A stretch of DNA of 64,000 nucleotides from Ignavibacteriota bacterium (GCA_963727825.1 CAVSHO010000010.1:128001-192000); one strand, 5' to 3'. Shown: positions 11,291 through 22,590, numbered from the stretch's first letter. The notes: generated by a model not told the origin, from the letters alone. Numbers and translations: made by a program.

Positions 11291-11338
11291 TTGTTATTAT
11301 TATTTTTCATTGTTTTATTTCTAATTATTAATTGAACT

Positions 11339-13135
11339 ATGCAAGAAGAAGAAGTTTTAGGCAAAGCATACGATGGACGTCTCATGCGGCGGCTTATCAA
11401 ATATTTAAAGCCATACCGCTGGCATGTTGCGCTTGGCATTGTACTTAGTTTGCTGGTCAGCGCTATGGAAGCAGTGCGTCCATACTTTACAAAAATTGCA
11501 GTGGATAAGAATATTGCACAGGGTGATAAACACGGTTTGCTTATAACAATACTACTCTTTCTCGCAATTATGATCGTGCGTGCATTCATCCAATATGCCA
11601 ACGCATACTTAACACAATGGATTGGACAACGCACAATTTTTGATCTTCGGATGGAAGTTTTTCAACATCTCCAAAAACTTTCGCTTACGTTCTACGACCG
11701 CAATCCGATCGGCAGACTGATCACCCGTTTAACAAATGATGTAGAAGTACTGAACGAAATGTTCTCCTCCGGCATTGTAATGGTTTTCAGCGATGTTTTT
11801 ACAATCGTGGGTATTCTATATTTTATGTTTTCAATGAACTGGAAGTTAGCATTCGTGACATTGAGTGTACTGCCGTTTCTTTTTTATGGTACATTTCTTT
11901 TCCGCAGAAAAGCTCGAGAAACATACCGCGATGTGCGCATTCAGATTGCCCGCATCAATACATTCATGCAAGAGCACATCACAGGTATGCTTGTGGACCA
12001 AATTTTCAATCGTGAAAATAAGTCATATTCAAAGTTTACGGATGTCAACGCTGCACACAGAGATGCAAATATTAGATCTATATTTTACTATGCTGTTTTT
12101 TATCCGAGTGTAGATCTCATCGGCGCAGTGGCAGTCGGATTAATTATCTGGTATGCTGGACATAATGCTTTGGAAGGAGTTGTATCAGTAGGAACAGTAA
12201 TGGCATTTGTCCAATTCAACGAGATGTTCTGGCGCCCCATCCGCGATCTTTCAGAAAAATACAACATCCTCCAGACTGCAATGGCATCTTCAGAAAGACT
12301 CTTTCAGCTGTTGGACGACAAAACAGTCCTGAACATTTCACCTACACTTCTTTCATTGAAGCATGTCCGCGGTGACATCGAATTTCGTAATGTCTATTTT
12401 ACATATAACCCTCCGGCCGATAATGAGCGGCTGCCTAATTGGATTCTAAAGAATATTTCCTTCAGTATTAAACAAGGGCAAACTGTAGCAATCGTCGGGC
12501 ATACCGGCGCCGGCAAAACGACAATCATCAACTTGCTAAGCCGGTTTTACGATATTCAGCAGGGTGAAATTCTAATTGACGACATTAATATTAAAGAAGT
12601 CAGTCCGAAAGATCTGCGCAAACACATTGCTGTTGTACTGCAAGATGTGTTTCTTTTTTCCGGCGATATCCAGAGCAACATCCATCTGGGCGATGAAACA
12701 ATTCCAATTGAACGCGTGAAGGCTGCTGCGCGTATGGTTGGCGCAAATCGATTCATTGATGCGTTGCCGAATACATATGCCGCTGAGGTAAAAGAACGCG
12801 GTGCTACACTTTCCGTCGGGCAAAAGCAATTGCTCTCATTTGCACGCGCACTCGCTTTCAACCCACGAATTCTTGTGTTGGACGAAGCAACATCGAGTGT
12901 TGATACTGAAACCGAACAATTAATTCAGCATGCAATCAAAAAGATGCTTCAAGGACGAACATCTATCGTCATCGCACACCGGCTCTCGACAATTCAAAGC
13001 GCCGATAAAATCATTGTTTTACATAAAGGCGAAATCCGAGAGATGGGCAATCATCAAGAATTACTTGCACTGAATGGTATTTATCGAAAACTTTACGAGC
13101 TTCAATACAAAGAACAAGAAATCAAATCCAATTGA
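11339..13135 (+). CDS. ABC exporter subunit 2 (TMD+NBD, TM288/BmrD-like)
   Basis: EEEVLGKAYD N-terminus, GHTGAGKTT, degenerate signature LSVGQ, ILVLDEAT and IAHRLSTI. Confidence 0.93.
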   Translation: MQEEEVLGKAYDGRLMRRLIKYLKPYRWHVALGIVLSLLVSAMEAVRPYFTKIAVDKNIAQGDKHGLLITILLFLAIMIVRAFIQYANAYLTQWIGQRTIFDLRMEVFQHLQKLSLTFYDRNPIGRLITRLTNDVEVLNEMFSSGIVMVFSDVFTIVGILYFMFSMNWKLAFVTLSVLPFLFYGTFLFRRKARETYRDVRIQIARINTFMQEHITGMLVDQIFNRENKSYSKFTDVNAAHRDANIRSIFYYAVFYPSVDLIGAVAVGLIIWYAGHNALEGVVSVGTVMAFVQFNEMFWRPIRDLSEKYNILQTAMASSERLFQLLDDKTVLNISPTLLSLKHVRGDIEFRNVYFTYNPPADNERLPNWILKNISFSIKQGQTVAIVGHTGAGKTTIINLLSRFYDIQQGEILIDDINIKEVSPKDLRKHIAVVLQDVFLFSGDIQSNIHLGDETIPIERVKAAARMVGANRFIDALPNTYAAEVKERGATLSVGQKQLLSFARALAFNPRILVLDEATSSVDTETEQLIQHAIKKMLQGRTSIVIAHRLSTIQSADKIIVLHKGEIREMGNHQELLALNGIYRKLYELQYKEQEIKSN

Positions 13136-13145
13136 GATACAAGCT

Positions 13146-13748
13146 ATGATGCAAGACTCTCATTTATCGGAGGGTACATTTGTTGTAGTGGACGTTGAGA
13201 CAACCGGTCTTAGTCCCGTAGAAGATCGGATCACCGAAATTGCAATGATGAAAGTGAAGAACGGTGTTCTATTGGATGAATTTTCAACACTGATTAATCC
13301 GCTGGTAACAATACCTGCATCAATAACTAGTTTAACTGGAATTGATAACCTGATGGTATCGGATGCACCAACCGCGAGAGAAGTAACACCGGCGATTGCA
13401 GAATTTTTAGGCAATGCAATTTTCGTGGCACACAATGCTCAATTCGATTGGGGATTTGTTTCACAAACTACGATGCGCGAACGGGGAATTGAAATTACTA
13501 ATCCGCAGTTGTGCACAGTTAAACTTAGTCGTATTATTTTACCGAGCCTGCCCAGCAAATCACTTGGCCCGGTAACCACAGCATTGAACATTACAATTCC
13601 CGAACGCCATCGCGCTTCCGGAGATGCATATGCTACTGCGCTTGTGCTTATTAAATTCATTTCTTACGTTCAACGCAAACACGATATTCATCTCGTAAGC
13701 GAGTTGCTTCGGTTTCAGAATGGGTGGTCGCCTATCTCTTCAAAATAG
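13146..13748 (+). CDS. DEDDh 3'-5' exonuclease (DnaQ/PolC-exonuclease-like)
   Basis: VVVDVETTG, VAHNAQFD and HRASGDA. Start placed at the ATG just after the ABC gene stop. Confidence 0.9.
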   Translation: MMQDSHLSEGTFVVVDVETTGLSPVEDRITEIAMMKVKNGVLLDEFSTLINPLVTIPASITSLTGIDNLMVSDAPTAREVTPAIAEFLGNAIFVAHNAQFDWGFVSQTTMRERGIEITNPQLCTVKLSRIILPSLPSKSLGPVTTALNITIPERHRASGDAYATALVLIKFISYVQRKHDIHLVSELLRFQNGWSPISSK

Positions 13749-14090
13749 TACCTCTTGTTACTCCATATTATTTGGCTGCTTATGTTCCACAGTCTTTCTT
13801 CCTCAATTGAATAATTCCTAAAATACAACCAAAGCTTTTTTAGTCAATGTTGCACCCTTATGTAATAAAAACACCATCTCATAGCCAATATTAAGTGTGT
13901 CAATTAAACATCAAGTTTTGAACTTTAACCCTCTCTTCACTCAATCTCCAATTGTAGAATCTTCATTAGTATAGATCGCAATAGCTGCGATTATACGCTG
14001 AAATCGATGATAAACCCACGGTATCCACCTTGTGCCATTTTCTGGAAGAAAGATACAAAGGAGTGAGACGAAAGTCTCAAGGAGGATACA

Positions 14091-16097
14091 ATGGAAACAG
14101 CAGCAAGCAGCATCAATATAATCCCGTTTATTCCGTCAACCGCAACCGCGGCACGATCGGCAATATCATCAAACAGGCATAATTTCCCAAATATTAATCT
14201 GTGGAATACCCCAAAGATTTTTTCATCCATTTGGGAAAATTCGAATGAAGGAATGAGATTAACAGATAGCAACGGCATTATTGTTGCCGTCAATCCTGCA
14301 TATTGCCGGCTTGTAGGAAGGACTTCTGAAGAACTTACCGGTCACATATTTACCAGTATTTACGCCGAAGCGGAAAACCGTGAGAAAATGCTGCGTACCT
14401 ATGAATCACACTTTAAAAAGCATGAAGCGGAACCTCAATATGAACGAAGATTGGTACTTTGGACAAACCACACTATCAATGTTGAAATAAATGATTCCTA
14501 TGTAGAGACAGACGATGGACGCATGTTATTACTTTCACGATTTCGTGATATTACTATCGAAAAGCTCACTCAAAATGCTCTTGCGGAAAGCGAATCAAAG
14601 TACCGCGGCCTTTTTGCAAACTCGGTAATGCCGATGTTTCAAAGCAGTGCCGAAGGGAAATTGGTAAATGCCAATCGCGCTATGCTTAAACTGCTCGGGA
14701 ACAACAATTTCTATGAGCTGGCAGACCTCGATATCGCGCGCGACGTATATTCTTATTCAGAGGAACGCAAATTAGTAATAGAGACTTTGCAAAAAAAAGG
14801 ATATGTGATTAATGCAGAATTGAAACTAAAAAGAAAAAACGGAAAGATCCTTACCGTGCTGGAAAATTCCCGTACTTTGCATGATGAAAACGGAAAAATA
14901 ATCGGTTATGAAGGTGTGTTGGAAGATATCACTGCACGCAAGGCGATGGAAAAGAAATTACAGGAATATGTCTGGGCACTGGAAAAATCCAAGAATGCAC
15001 TTGCAGAATTGAATGCGAAAAAGGATAAACTATTTTCTATCCTATCACATGATCTTCGTTCTCCATTCAGCAGTATCTTGGGATTCTGCGACATACTTTT
15101 AAAAGAAAACGATCAGCTCACAGCCGAAGATCGATTGCAATTTGTAGCATATATCCAAGAAGGAGCACAGGATCAACTTGCGCTAGTTAATAAGTTACTC
15201 GATTGGTCACGGCTAGAATCCGGACATGCTCGATTTGAACAGACAGAAATCGATTTACAGGATATCGTTAAAAAGAGTGTCAACTCTTTATTAGGACTTG
15301 CACATCAGAAACAGGTGAAACTGCAAACAACACTGCCAGCAAATGTGGCGGTGCGAGGCGATAGACACATGCTAGGTCAGGTTTTTGGGAATCTCATCGG
15401 AAATTCTCTGAAGTTCACGCCAGCAGGCGGCACAATTACTGTAGAATTGATTGAAGAAAAAAGCGATAAGTGGGTAATCGGAGTTCGCGACACGGGTATT
15501 GGCATACCTGAAGGAGACGTACACAAGCTATTCAAGATCGAAGAGAAATATACACGTAAAGGAATACAGGGTGAAAAAGGAACAGGACTTGGTCTGCCGG
15601 TTGTTCACGAAATTGTTTTGAAACATAATGGCACGATTGAAGTGCAAGGTAATCCTGGAACCGGTACACTTTTCCTTGTCACTCTTCCTAAAAGTAGGCT
15701 GGATAAAAATGAGAACGTTCTAGTAGTCGATGACGAAAATGGGATGCGAATGCTGCATACACGGTATATTAAACGAGTGCTTCCGGATGTGAATGTATTG
15801 CATGCAACGGATGGTGCGGGAGCGTTACAACTGGCACATGAATTCAATCTAAAAGTGATTATTTCTGATAACGATATGCCAGACATCAATGGCGAAGAGC
15901 TTGTACGTAACTTGAAATCAGATCCGTTGACCGCCAATATTCCAATCATCATCATCACCGGACAGGATTCAGATGCAAATCGCGAAGCACTTAAGCAGTA
16001 TGGCGCAACTGAGGTTCTGACGAAACCAATCGCGCCGGAACAACTTGCTGAAATCTTAAATAATATTGAAGCTGGTGAGGTTACTATAGCCGTTTAA
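14091..16097 (+). CDS. Cytoplasmic hybrid histidine kinase (PAS-PAS-HisKA-HATPase-REC)
   Basis: Two PAS/PAC domains, SHDLRSP H-box, NSLKFT, DTGIGI, GTGLGL, and a C-terminal receiver (VVDD...SDNDMP...TKP). Confidence 0.92.
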   Translation: METAASSINIIPFIPSTATAARSAISSNRHNFPNINLWNTPKIFSSIWENSNEGMRLTDSNGIIVAVNPAYCRLVGRTSEELTGHIFTSIYAEAENREKMLRTYESHFKKHEAEPQYERRLVLWTNHTINVEINDSYVETDDGRMLLLSRFRDITIEKLTQNALAESESKYRGLFANSVMPMFQSSAEGKLVNANRAMLKLLGNNNFYELADLDIARDVYSYSEERKLVIETLQKKGYVINAELKLKRKNGKILTVLENSRTLHDENGKIIGYEGVLEDITARKAMEKKLQEYVWALEKSKNALAELNAKKDKLFSILSHDLRSPFSSILGFCDILLKENDQLTAEDRLQFVAYIQEGAQDQLALVNKLLDWSRLESGHARFEQTEIDLQDIVKKSVNSLLGLAHQKQVKLQTTLPANVAVRGDRHMLGQVFGNLIGNSLKFTPAGGTITVELIEEKSDKWVIGVRDTGIGIPEGDVHKLFKIEEKYTRKGIQGEKGTGLGLPVVHEIVLKHNGTIEVQGNPGTGTLFLVTLPKSRLDKNENVLVVDDENGMRMLHTRYIKRVLPDVNVLHATDGAGALQLAHEFNLKVIISDNDMPDINGEELVRNLKSDPLTANIPIIIITGQDSDANREALKQYGATEVLTKPIAPEQLAEILNNIEAGEVTIAV

Positions 16098-16119
16098 CTA
16101 ATATAAATCTTCCTCTCAG

Positions 16120-16168
16120 GCCTTTCCACGGATGCCTCATCAAGAGCAATCTTGAACCGTGGAAAGGC
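16120..16168. terminator. 12-bp stem-loop between convergent genes (possible terminator or 3' stabiliser)
   Basis: GCCTTTCCACGG (16120-16131) pairs with CCGTGGAAAGGC (16157-16168); no clear U-tract. Confidence 0.5.
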
Positions 16169-16351
16169 TCCTCCTTAAATATTTGACAAATAATTACAAA
16201 TTATTGTGTTTATGCGATTCAGATCTATGAAATATGGTTTGCTGGGCTATTTGAACTAAAAATGAATTTTCTAACCGGCGGCTTTTTAAAAGCCTCTCTT
16301 CCGCATTTTGAGAACTACTGCTACCCTTAGGCGTAAGAAAACAATTTACAT

Positions 16352-17050
16352 TTACTGAAGAAGATTTATTGCTGGAAGAAACCAAGCATAAAGTGCCCAG
16401 AGGGAGAAACCGACAGAGAGGGGAATTGAAAGGTTGTCATCAACTTTAATTGGAAGCGCTTCAACGACAGTGCCGATTGCCGCTGCAATAAAGCCGATTA
16501 TGTATTCTATCGGTAGTTGATCAATCTTTGGCGCGACTAGAATCACGAGTACAGCGGAAACAAAAAAAGCTGACGATCCTTCAAGACTTTTAGCAAGGAA
16601 ACGATGTTTGCCGAATCGCCTGCCAATAAGTGCCGAAGTTGTATCAGAGATTATGAGAATAGTAAAGGCGTTAATTGCGATGACTTTGGGAAATAATATT
16701 ACACATAAAAGTGCCGAGATAAGCACATTCGAAGCACCGCTTAATCTTTTTTTGTTGATATCGGTTTCATGCCGCCGCAGAAGCCAGCCAAACCATTTAT
16801 AAAACCATCGGGCAACAGTTGGGATATAATATCGCCCTATATCAATAATTATGCATACCGCTGTAATTGGGACAAGCAGATAAATTGCTGATCGCTTAGA
16901 GATAAAAAAATAAACAGTTGGGATTGAAAGAGAAAAAAGATGAATTGCTTTCCGAACCAACTCATGCTTGTATTCGATAGTTGCAGTATGATCAAGATGC
17001 CTTAACTCACTACCGCTCAAATTTAATTTCTCGTTACCGGTGTGAAGCAC
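16352..17050 (-). CDS. CTP-dependent polyprenol/diacylglycerol kinase (SEC59/DGK1/VTE5 family membrane protein)
   Basis: [33 protein letters not shown] and DDNLSIP motifs. Proposed GTG start overlaps the predicted true ftsH stop (TAGTG). Confidence 0.85.
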   Translation of the reverse strand: MLHTGNEKLNLSGSELRHLDHTATIEYKHELVRKAIHLFSLSIPTVYFFISKRSAIYLLVPITAVCIIIDIGRYYIPTVARWFYKWFGWLLRRHETDINKKRLSGASNVLISALLCVILFPKVIAINAFTILIISDTTSALIGRRFGKHRFLAKSLEGSSAFFVSAVLVILVAPKIDQLPIEYIIGFIAAAIGTVVEALPIKVDDNLSIPLSVGFSLWALYAWFLPAINLLQ

Positions 17051-19198
17051 TATGATTTCTTCTCTTCGCTTATCGGCGGTTGAGGAGGCACAGTCACCTG
17101 TGCTTGTGGCGGTTTCGCTTCCGGTACCTTCAGCTGGAGATGATATTATATGATTCACATGTTTGTCAACAGGCGGCAATTCCTCTCCGCGAATAATTTT
17201 ATCTATTTCCTCGGAATCAAGGATTTCGCGCTCAAGCAACGCATTTGCCAGACGATGAAGAATCTTTGCATTTTCTTTTAGAATTTTATCAGCCCGCTTC
17301 ATTGCCCGCGTTACAATTAACCGCACTTCAGCATCGATAGCAATTGCCGTGTTTTCACTGAAGTTACGAGTTTTCGTAACTTCACGTCCTAAAAAGAGTT
17401 CTTCTTCTTTTGCTCCGTAAGCAAGTGGGCCAAGTTTATCGCTCATGCCCCATTCACATACCATTTTACGCGCAAGTTCGGTAGCGCGTTCAATGTCGTT
17501 ACCGGCTCCCGTAGTAAATTGGTCGAAGACTAACTTTTCTGCCGCGCGCCCGCCAAGAGCATAAGTGATCATTGCTTCAAGATATTCGCGTGAGTATGTA
17601 TGCTTCTCGTCGATTGGTAAATACGTTGTAACTCCTAGTGCACGCCCGCGTGGTATAATTGTCACCTTATGGACAGGATCGGCTTCAGGCAAACACCGAG
17701 CAACCAACACGTGACCTGATTCATGATACGAAGTCACTTTCTTTTCTTTGTCGGAAATAAGCATACTTTTCCGCTCAGTTCCCATCATCACTTTATCTTT
17801 AGCTTCTTCAAAGTGATGCATCGTCACGGCTTTACTGTTCTGTCGTGCAGCAAGCAATGCAGCTTCATTCACAAGATTGGCAATATCGGCACCAGATAAA
17901 CCCGGTGTTCCTTTTGCCAGAACATCCAATCGAACATCTCCATCGAGCGGAATATTTTTCGTATGCACACGGAAAATTCCCTCGCGACCTTTCACATCTG
18001 GCCGATCAACAACTATCTGTCGATCAAATCGACCAGGTCGCAATAGCGCAGGATCAAGAACGTCCGGACGATTTGTTGCTGCAATAATTATAACACCTGT
18101 GTTTTGTTCGAAGCCATCCATCTCTACCAATAATTGGTTAAGTGTCTGCTCGCGCTCGTCGTGCCCGCCGCCAATTCCGGCACCGCGATGCCTGCCCACC
18201 GCATCGATCTCATCGATAAAGATTATGCAGGGAGCGCTTCTTTTCCCTTGCTCAAATAAATCTCTCACGCGGCTTGCACCTACGCCAACGAACATTTCCA
18301 CAAAGTCTGCACCACTGATAGAGAAGAACGGAACGCCTGCTTCTCCTGCGACGGCGCGTGCAAGTAATGTTTTGCCAGTACCTGGAGGTCCAAGTAACAA
18401 CACACCTTTAGGAATTTTCCCGCCTAACCGTTGAAATTTCGCTGGCTCGCGCAGAAACTCAATAATCTCCTGTAATTCTAATTTAGCTTCATCCGCACCT
18501 GCAACATCAGTGAATGTCACCTGCATTAATCCTTCTGTCAACAGTTTTGCGCGGCTCTTTCCAAACGAGAACAATCCTTTCGCTCCTCCCGCTCCTCCGC
18601 CCGCACCGGCTTGCATCCTCCGGAAAATGAACAACCAAACTCCAATAAGTATAATCCATGGAAGAATACTGATCGCGGCATTCATCCATGTATTGTCTTC
18701 CTTTTCAACTCGGAACTTCAGACCTTTTGTCGTCCATGACGTTACGAGTGCATCATCAAGATTCGTGTATGGAAGTGTCAGTGTAATACGTGTTGCATTG
18801 CGTGCAGTCTTGCCGCTGGCCGTTTGAATATCTATCGGTTCTTTGAGTTTTCCATGAAAATCAAAGACGGCATACCCGCTAATCTTCACTGATGCATCGC
18901 TGAATTTTTGATCGTTCAGTAATTGTTGAAATGTTGTAAAGTTTATTTCGTACTCTGTTTCTTCATTTGTACGAAACATCCACATGAAAAAAATTACTGC
19001 AAGAATAATTGCGACCCAGCTCAATATGACTTTTCCAAATTTTGCCCACGGTGACATCTCTTCTCGTTGCTGTTTCATCTGCCGTTTTGGAAAGAGTTGA
19101 GGTGTTGTACGTTTTTTCTGAGGTGCGTTCTGATTCTTCTTTTCTTTGTTTTCGTCTTGCATATCGTTTTTCATTTCAAACTCCAATTTCGGGCTCAC
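17050..19198 (-). CDS. ftsH: ATP-dependent zinc metalloprotease FtsH (probable frameshift near 17145)
   Basis: Two TM helices, [19 protein letters not shown] ([20 protein letters not shown]) and HESGH. An alternative frame gives a natural tail [27 protein letters not shown] ending at 17050. Confidence 0.95.
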
Positions 19199-19200
19199 AC

Positions 19201-19764
19201 TTACTCTGGCTTAATGATTCCTTTTGGAGCAAGCCTATAAATTGACTTCAAGTTACGAACTTTTTGCGCGTAGTCCAAGCCATAGCCGATTACGAAATCT
19301 GGTGGAATCTCGAATCCAACATAATCAACCGGAAAGTCGATTTTCGGCACACCTTTCTTTAATAAGAGGGAAACGAGCTTAAGTGACTTCGGCTTTTCTT
19401 TTTCAATGATGTTCTTAATGAAGGCAATAGATAATCCAGAATCGACAATGTCCTCCACAACAAGTATATCACGCCCAGCAACCTCGCAATTCAAATTTTT
19501 TAATAGTTTCACTTGTCCAGAAGAAATTTTGGCATCGCCATAGCTGGATAGCTTAAAGAAATCCATTTCGCAATCGACGCTGACCTCTCGAATAAGATCG
19601 GCAAGAAAAATGAACGAACCGTTCAACACACCAATGAAGATAGGTGTCTTTCCTGCATAGTCGGCATTAATGCACACTGCAAGTTCTTTTATGCGTTTCC
19701 GTATTTGCTCTTCAGTGATGAAAAGTTCAAATGTATCGCCATTGATTTTAATAAATTCATCCAT
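19201..19764 (-). CDS. hpt: Hypoxanthine phosphoribosyltransferase
   Basis: [25 protein letters not shown] and FVIGYGLDY; sits in the tilS-hpt-ftsH cluster. Confidence 0.96.
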   Translation of the reverse strand: MDEFIKINGDTFELFITEEQIRKRIKELAVCINADYAGKTPIFIGVLNGSFIFLADLIREVSVDCEMDFFKLSSYGDAKISSGQVKLLKNLNCEVAGRDILVVEDIVDSGLSIAFIKNIIEKEKPKSLKLVSLLLKKGVPKIDFPVDYVGFEIPPDFVIGYGLDYAQKVRNLKSIYRLAPKGIIKPE

Positions 19765-21148
19765 GGTAAGCTCTTGTTGATGGTTGACAGGTAAGCCGAA
19801 TTGCTGTTTGCGTTCGATCAGTCAATTTGAATCTATCATCTAACCGTTTACCGCAAATCCATACGATAGTGCCATCGGATTCCAAAACGGGAATGGAGGA
19901 TTTTTGATATCGCGGTACTTTTTGGTCGGTAAAGAAATCACTCAATTTCTTTTTCGTTTTCATCCCGAGCGGAATAAACCAATCACCGGCTTGCCACGGC
20001 CTAAGGATAAGTTGTTTACCTAATCGTTCGGCATCGATGTATTCCACTTCGTGTGTCCCGGCATATGTGGAAGGTACGTTTTCCGGCGAGCTGATTGAAA
20101 CAAGATAATCTTTATAGTCGTAGCTTTTACCGAATTCAACTTGCCTGATATTTGGCTGTTCATTGTCATTGACTTTGATAACGATATAATTTCGATCGCG
20201 GTATGCTGCCCATTTACTATTTAATTCCACAATTCGGCCTGTTGGCTGAGTGCAGAGCCGGTGCAGCGCATCAACTTTCTTTTCTGTCGGTTCAATTTTC
20301 ATCTGATTAAGAAGTTGAACAAAAATTTCATCCCATAGAAAATCCGGTTCCGATTTCAGTTTTTTTACACTCAACTTTAAGTAGTTTTGTGTATCTATCT
20401 GGATGACAGAATGAAATGTCCTATCAACAATCTTCCGCATTTTTTTGTTCACGTCTTGCATTATTTCAGCAATATGATTTAAAGTATGGATAATGCTAGG
20501 ATTATTTTCTTGCAGCACCGGAAGAATGTTGTGCCGCAGTTCATTCCTTCGATATGCAAGTGAAAGATTTGACGAATCGTTCCGAAATTTGATCCCCTGC
20601 TCTGCCGCATATGTGCTAATCTCTTTTCGTGTTGCAAATAGTAGCGGACGAATAATACATCCCAATTCGCGCTTCGGTGGAATTCCAGCTAAACCATGAA
20701 TACCTGTTCCTCGCACAATGTTGAGAAGTACTGTTTCGGCATTATCATCTGCATGATGCGCGGTTGCCACTGTATCTGCATTAATCTTCAATCTAACTTG
20801 TTCAAAACAATCATATCGGAGCATACGTGCAGCAAGTTGTTTTGAAAGTTTATGATCGTGGGCATACGACATCACATTGATTCGCTCACAATAGAATGGA
20901 ATGTGATAGAAATCCGACATCTCTTTAACAAATTTTTCATCATCCATCGATTCTTTGCCGCGCAATTGGTGATTGATGTGAATAACTGAAAGACGCAGTT
21001 TCATTTGCTCACGCAATTTTGAGAACAGATGAAGCATAACCATCGAATCAATGCCGCCGCTTATCGCAAGAAGTATGGATTGCCCTGACGACACCAACTT
21101 TTGGCGTTGAATAAACCTTACAAGCTTTGTTTCAAATGAATTCATCAT
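19757..21148 (-). CDS. tilS: tRNA(Ile)-lysidine synthase
   Basis: AISGGIDS PP-loop, ATAHHADDNAET, IIRPLL, DSSN...RNELR and C-terminal KKKLSDFFTDQKVP. Confidence 0.96.
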   Translation of the reverse strand: MMNSFETKLVRFIQRQKLVSSGQSILLAISGGIDSMVMLHLFSKLREQMKLRLSVIHINHQLRGKESMDDEKFVKEMSDFYHIPFYCERINVMSYAHDHKLSKQLAARMLRYDCFEQVRLKINADTVATAHHADDNAETVLLNIVRGTGIHGLAGIPPKRELGCIIRPLLFATRKEISTYAAEQGIKFRNDSSNLSLAYRRNELRHNILPVLQENNPSIIHTLNHIAEIMQDVNKKMRKIVDRTFHSVIQIDTQNYLKLSVKKLKSEPDFLWDEIFVQLLNQMKIEPTEKKVDALHRLCTQPTGRIVELNSKWAAYRDRNYIVIKVNDNEQPNIRQVEFGKSYDYKDYLVSISSPENVPSTYAGTHEVEYIDAERLGKQLILRPWQAGDWFIPLGMKTKKKLSDFFTDQKVPRYQKSSIPVLESDGTIVWICGKRLDDRFKLTDRTQTAIRLTCQPSTRAYHG

Positions 21149-21179
21149 ATACGAGAACCAAGTCAGGCAATACTGGCTT

Positions 21180-21210
21180 AAAAAAAAACTTGACTTAAAT
21201 TCAAGTCAAG
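21180..21210 (-). terminator. Terminator-like hairpin upstream of tilS
   Basis: CTTGACTT-N6-AAGTCAAG followed on the minus strand by a 9-nt U-run. Confidence 0.55.
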
Positions 21211-21379
21211 ATGAGGCTGTTACGCTTTTAAGATACTGGTTTTTGGAAGGAAAGACAAGACGATGGAATGACTATGGGTGCAAGGTTTTTGAATATCGAG
21301 GTAAATAAAGATTAGGAAGAAATCTCTTTATTTTGTTGAATCAATAGTAGAGCGCCGTGGTTCTCTGCATACTCAAGAA

Positions 21380-21850
21380 TTATTTCCCCTTTTTTCTCTT
21401 CTTCTGCACTACGGCTTGAGAGGAATATTTTTTTTCAAGAAGCTCGATAAAATTGACAGTTGGCAGGAGAAATTTTCCATGCAATGATGTTCCCGTTGCT
21501 TGCCCTACAATTCCACGCGCAATCGCATAGGTCATTGCAAGACCGTTCGGGCCAAGCAAGGTAGATATTTTGTCTTCTGAAATCGACTTGTCAAATTCAA
21601 CAAAGGCCTGCAAGGCAATTCTTATACGATATGGTGCTCGTTTGAATGCTTCTTCGGAAGAATTGATATCAACTTGTAAATCGATTCGAAACACCGGTTC
21701 AAGTTCTTGCTTCTTGAAATCAAAGTTGATTCCAATTTGTCCTTCATAAGGTTTGTTCTTGGAGCCATCGAATTCTGTGTTTGCCTGGAGATGCAGACCC
21801 AGCAAAACATAATCTCTAAGCTGCATTGGGGAGATTGGATTCATATTCAT
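21380..21850 (-). CDS. SecB-like chaperone (TAC chaperone)
   Basis: 156 aa with PYRIRIALQAFVEF and LLGPNGLAMTYAIARGIVGQAT...LLPTVNFIELL, matching the SecB C-terminal pattern; third gene of a TA operon. Confidence 0.8.
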   Translation of the reverse strand: MNMNPISPMQLRDYVLLGLHLQANTEFDGSKNKPYEGQIGINFDFKKQELEPVFRIDLQVDINSSEEAFKRAPYRIRIALQAFVEFDKSISEDKISTLLGPNGLAMTYAIARGIVGQATGTSLHGKFLLPTVNFIELLEKKYSSQAVVQKKRKKGK

Positions 21851-22205
21851 CCTTCAATGAAACAGAAGTATTGAAACCTTCATTGTTAATATGCCTATAG
21901 GAAAAATGATAGAACCGTTGAACATCTGCATTCCGCGGTTTGAGTGCAATATCGAGTTCCTTTCCCAGAGCCAATGCAACCTCAAGAAGTTTTTTCAATG
22001 TCAGATTCTCGGTGCCATTCAACAGTTTCGTAATATAGGCATTCGAACAATTCAACTGTTTGGCAAGCTGTGTCCGTGTGAACTTCTTTCTTTCCATTTC
22101 CCCGACAAGTTGTTCATTGATATCAATGAGCAGCCCTTCCAGAATGTATTCGGGATCGTCCTTATACTGTTCAGCAAGTTTCCGATATCGGTCGATAAGT
22201 GCCAT
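21816..22205 (-). CDS. XRE/HigA-like HTH antitoxin with C-terminal chaperone-addiction-like extension
   Basis: TRTQLAKQLNCSNAYITKLLNGTENLTLKKLLEVALALG HTH, then an aromatic-rich tail (FYHFSY) ending in -NAA. Confidence 0.85.
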   Translation of the reverse strand: MALIDRYRKLAEQYKDDPEYILEGLLIDINEQLVGEMERKKFTRTQLAKQLNCSNAYITKLLNGTENLTLKKLLEVALALGKELDIALKPRNADVQRFYHFSYRHINNEGFNTSVSLKDEYESNLPNAA

Positions 22206-22214
22206 GGCTGTGCC

Positions 22215-22586
22215 TTATGTTAAATTGTTCACGATTTCTTTATAAATGCGTTGCGCTTTTTCTAATTCAGCAGGTGGTAAATCTTGTCTCTTTTTGATAT
22301 ATCCATGTGTCAGGACAATCGTTCGTTTTAATGAACGTGGAAGATAAAAACAAAGAATTCTAACCTGAAATGATTTAAACGCATAAATCGGTTTCTCTTC
22401 AAATCGAAATTTTTCTTTGTTTCTGATTTCTCCGCTCCGCGCAAATTCTTCAAGCAAACGAAGCGTTTTCTTACGATCAGAGAGTATAAGCCCCTCAAGA
22501 AAGTCTACAGCAAGTGCCTCACCTCGCGGGTTAATATATGCATAGATGTCAGCGTTTTGACCTGGGATGTATAATTCAATCGCCAC
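22215..22586 (-). CDS. RelE/HigB-family (Gp49-like) toxin
   Basis: IYAFKSFQVRILCF...IVLTHGYIKKRQDLPPAELEKA pattern of Gp49/HigB toxins; lies upstream of an HTH antitoxin. Confidence 0.85.
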   Translation of the reverse strand: MAIELYIPGQNADIYAYINPRGEALAVDFLEGLILSDRKKTLRLLEEFARSGEIRNKEKFRFEEKPIYAFKSFQVRILCFYLPRSLKRTIVLTHGYIKKRQDLPPAELEKAQRIYKEIVNNLT

Positions 22587-22590
22587 TATG

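Noticed and set aside
16352-19198. 948-aa FtsH-polyprenol kinase fusion as a novel protein
   Set aside because: A shifted frame near 17145 gives a natural Pro-rich FtsH tail ending in a TAG that overlaps a GTG start for the kinase. With other indels in the window, an error is more likely than a fusion.
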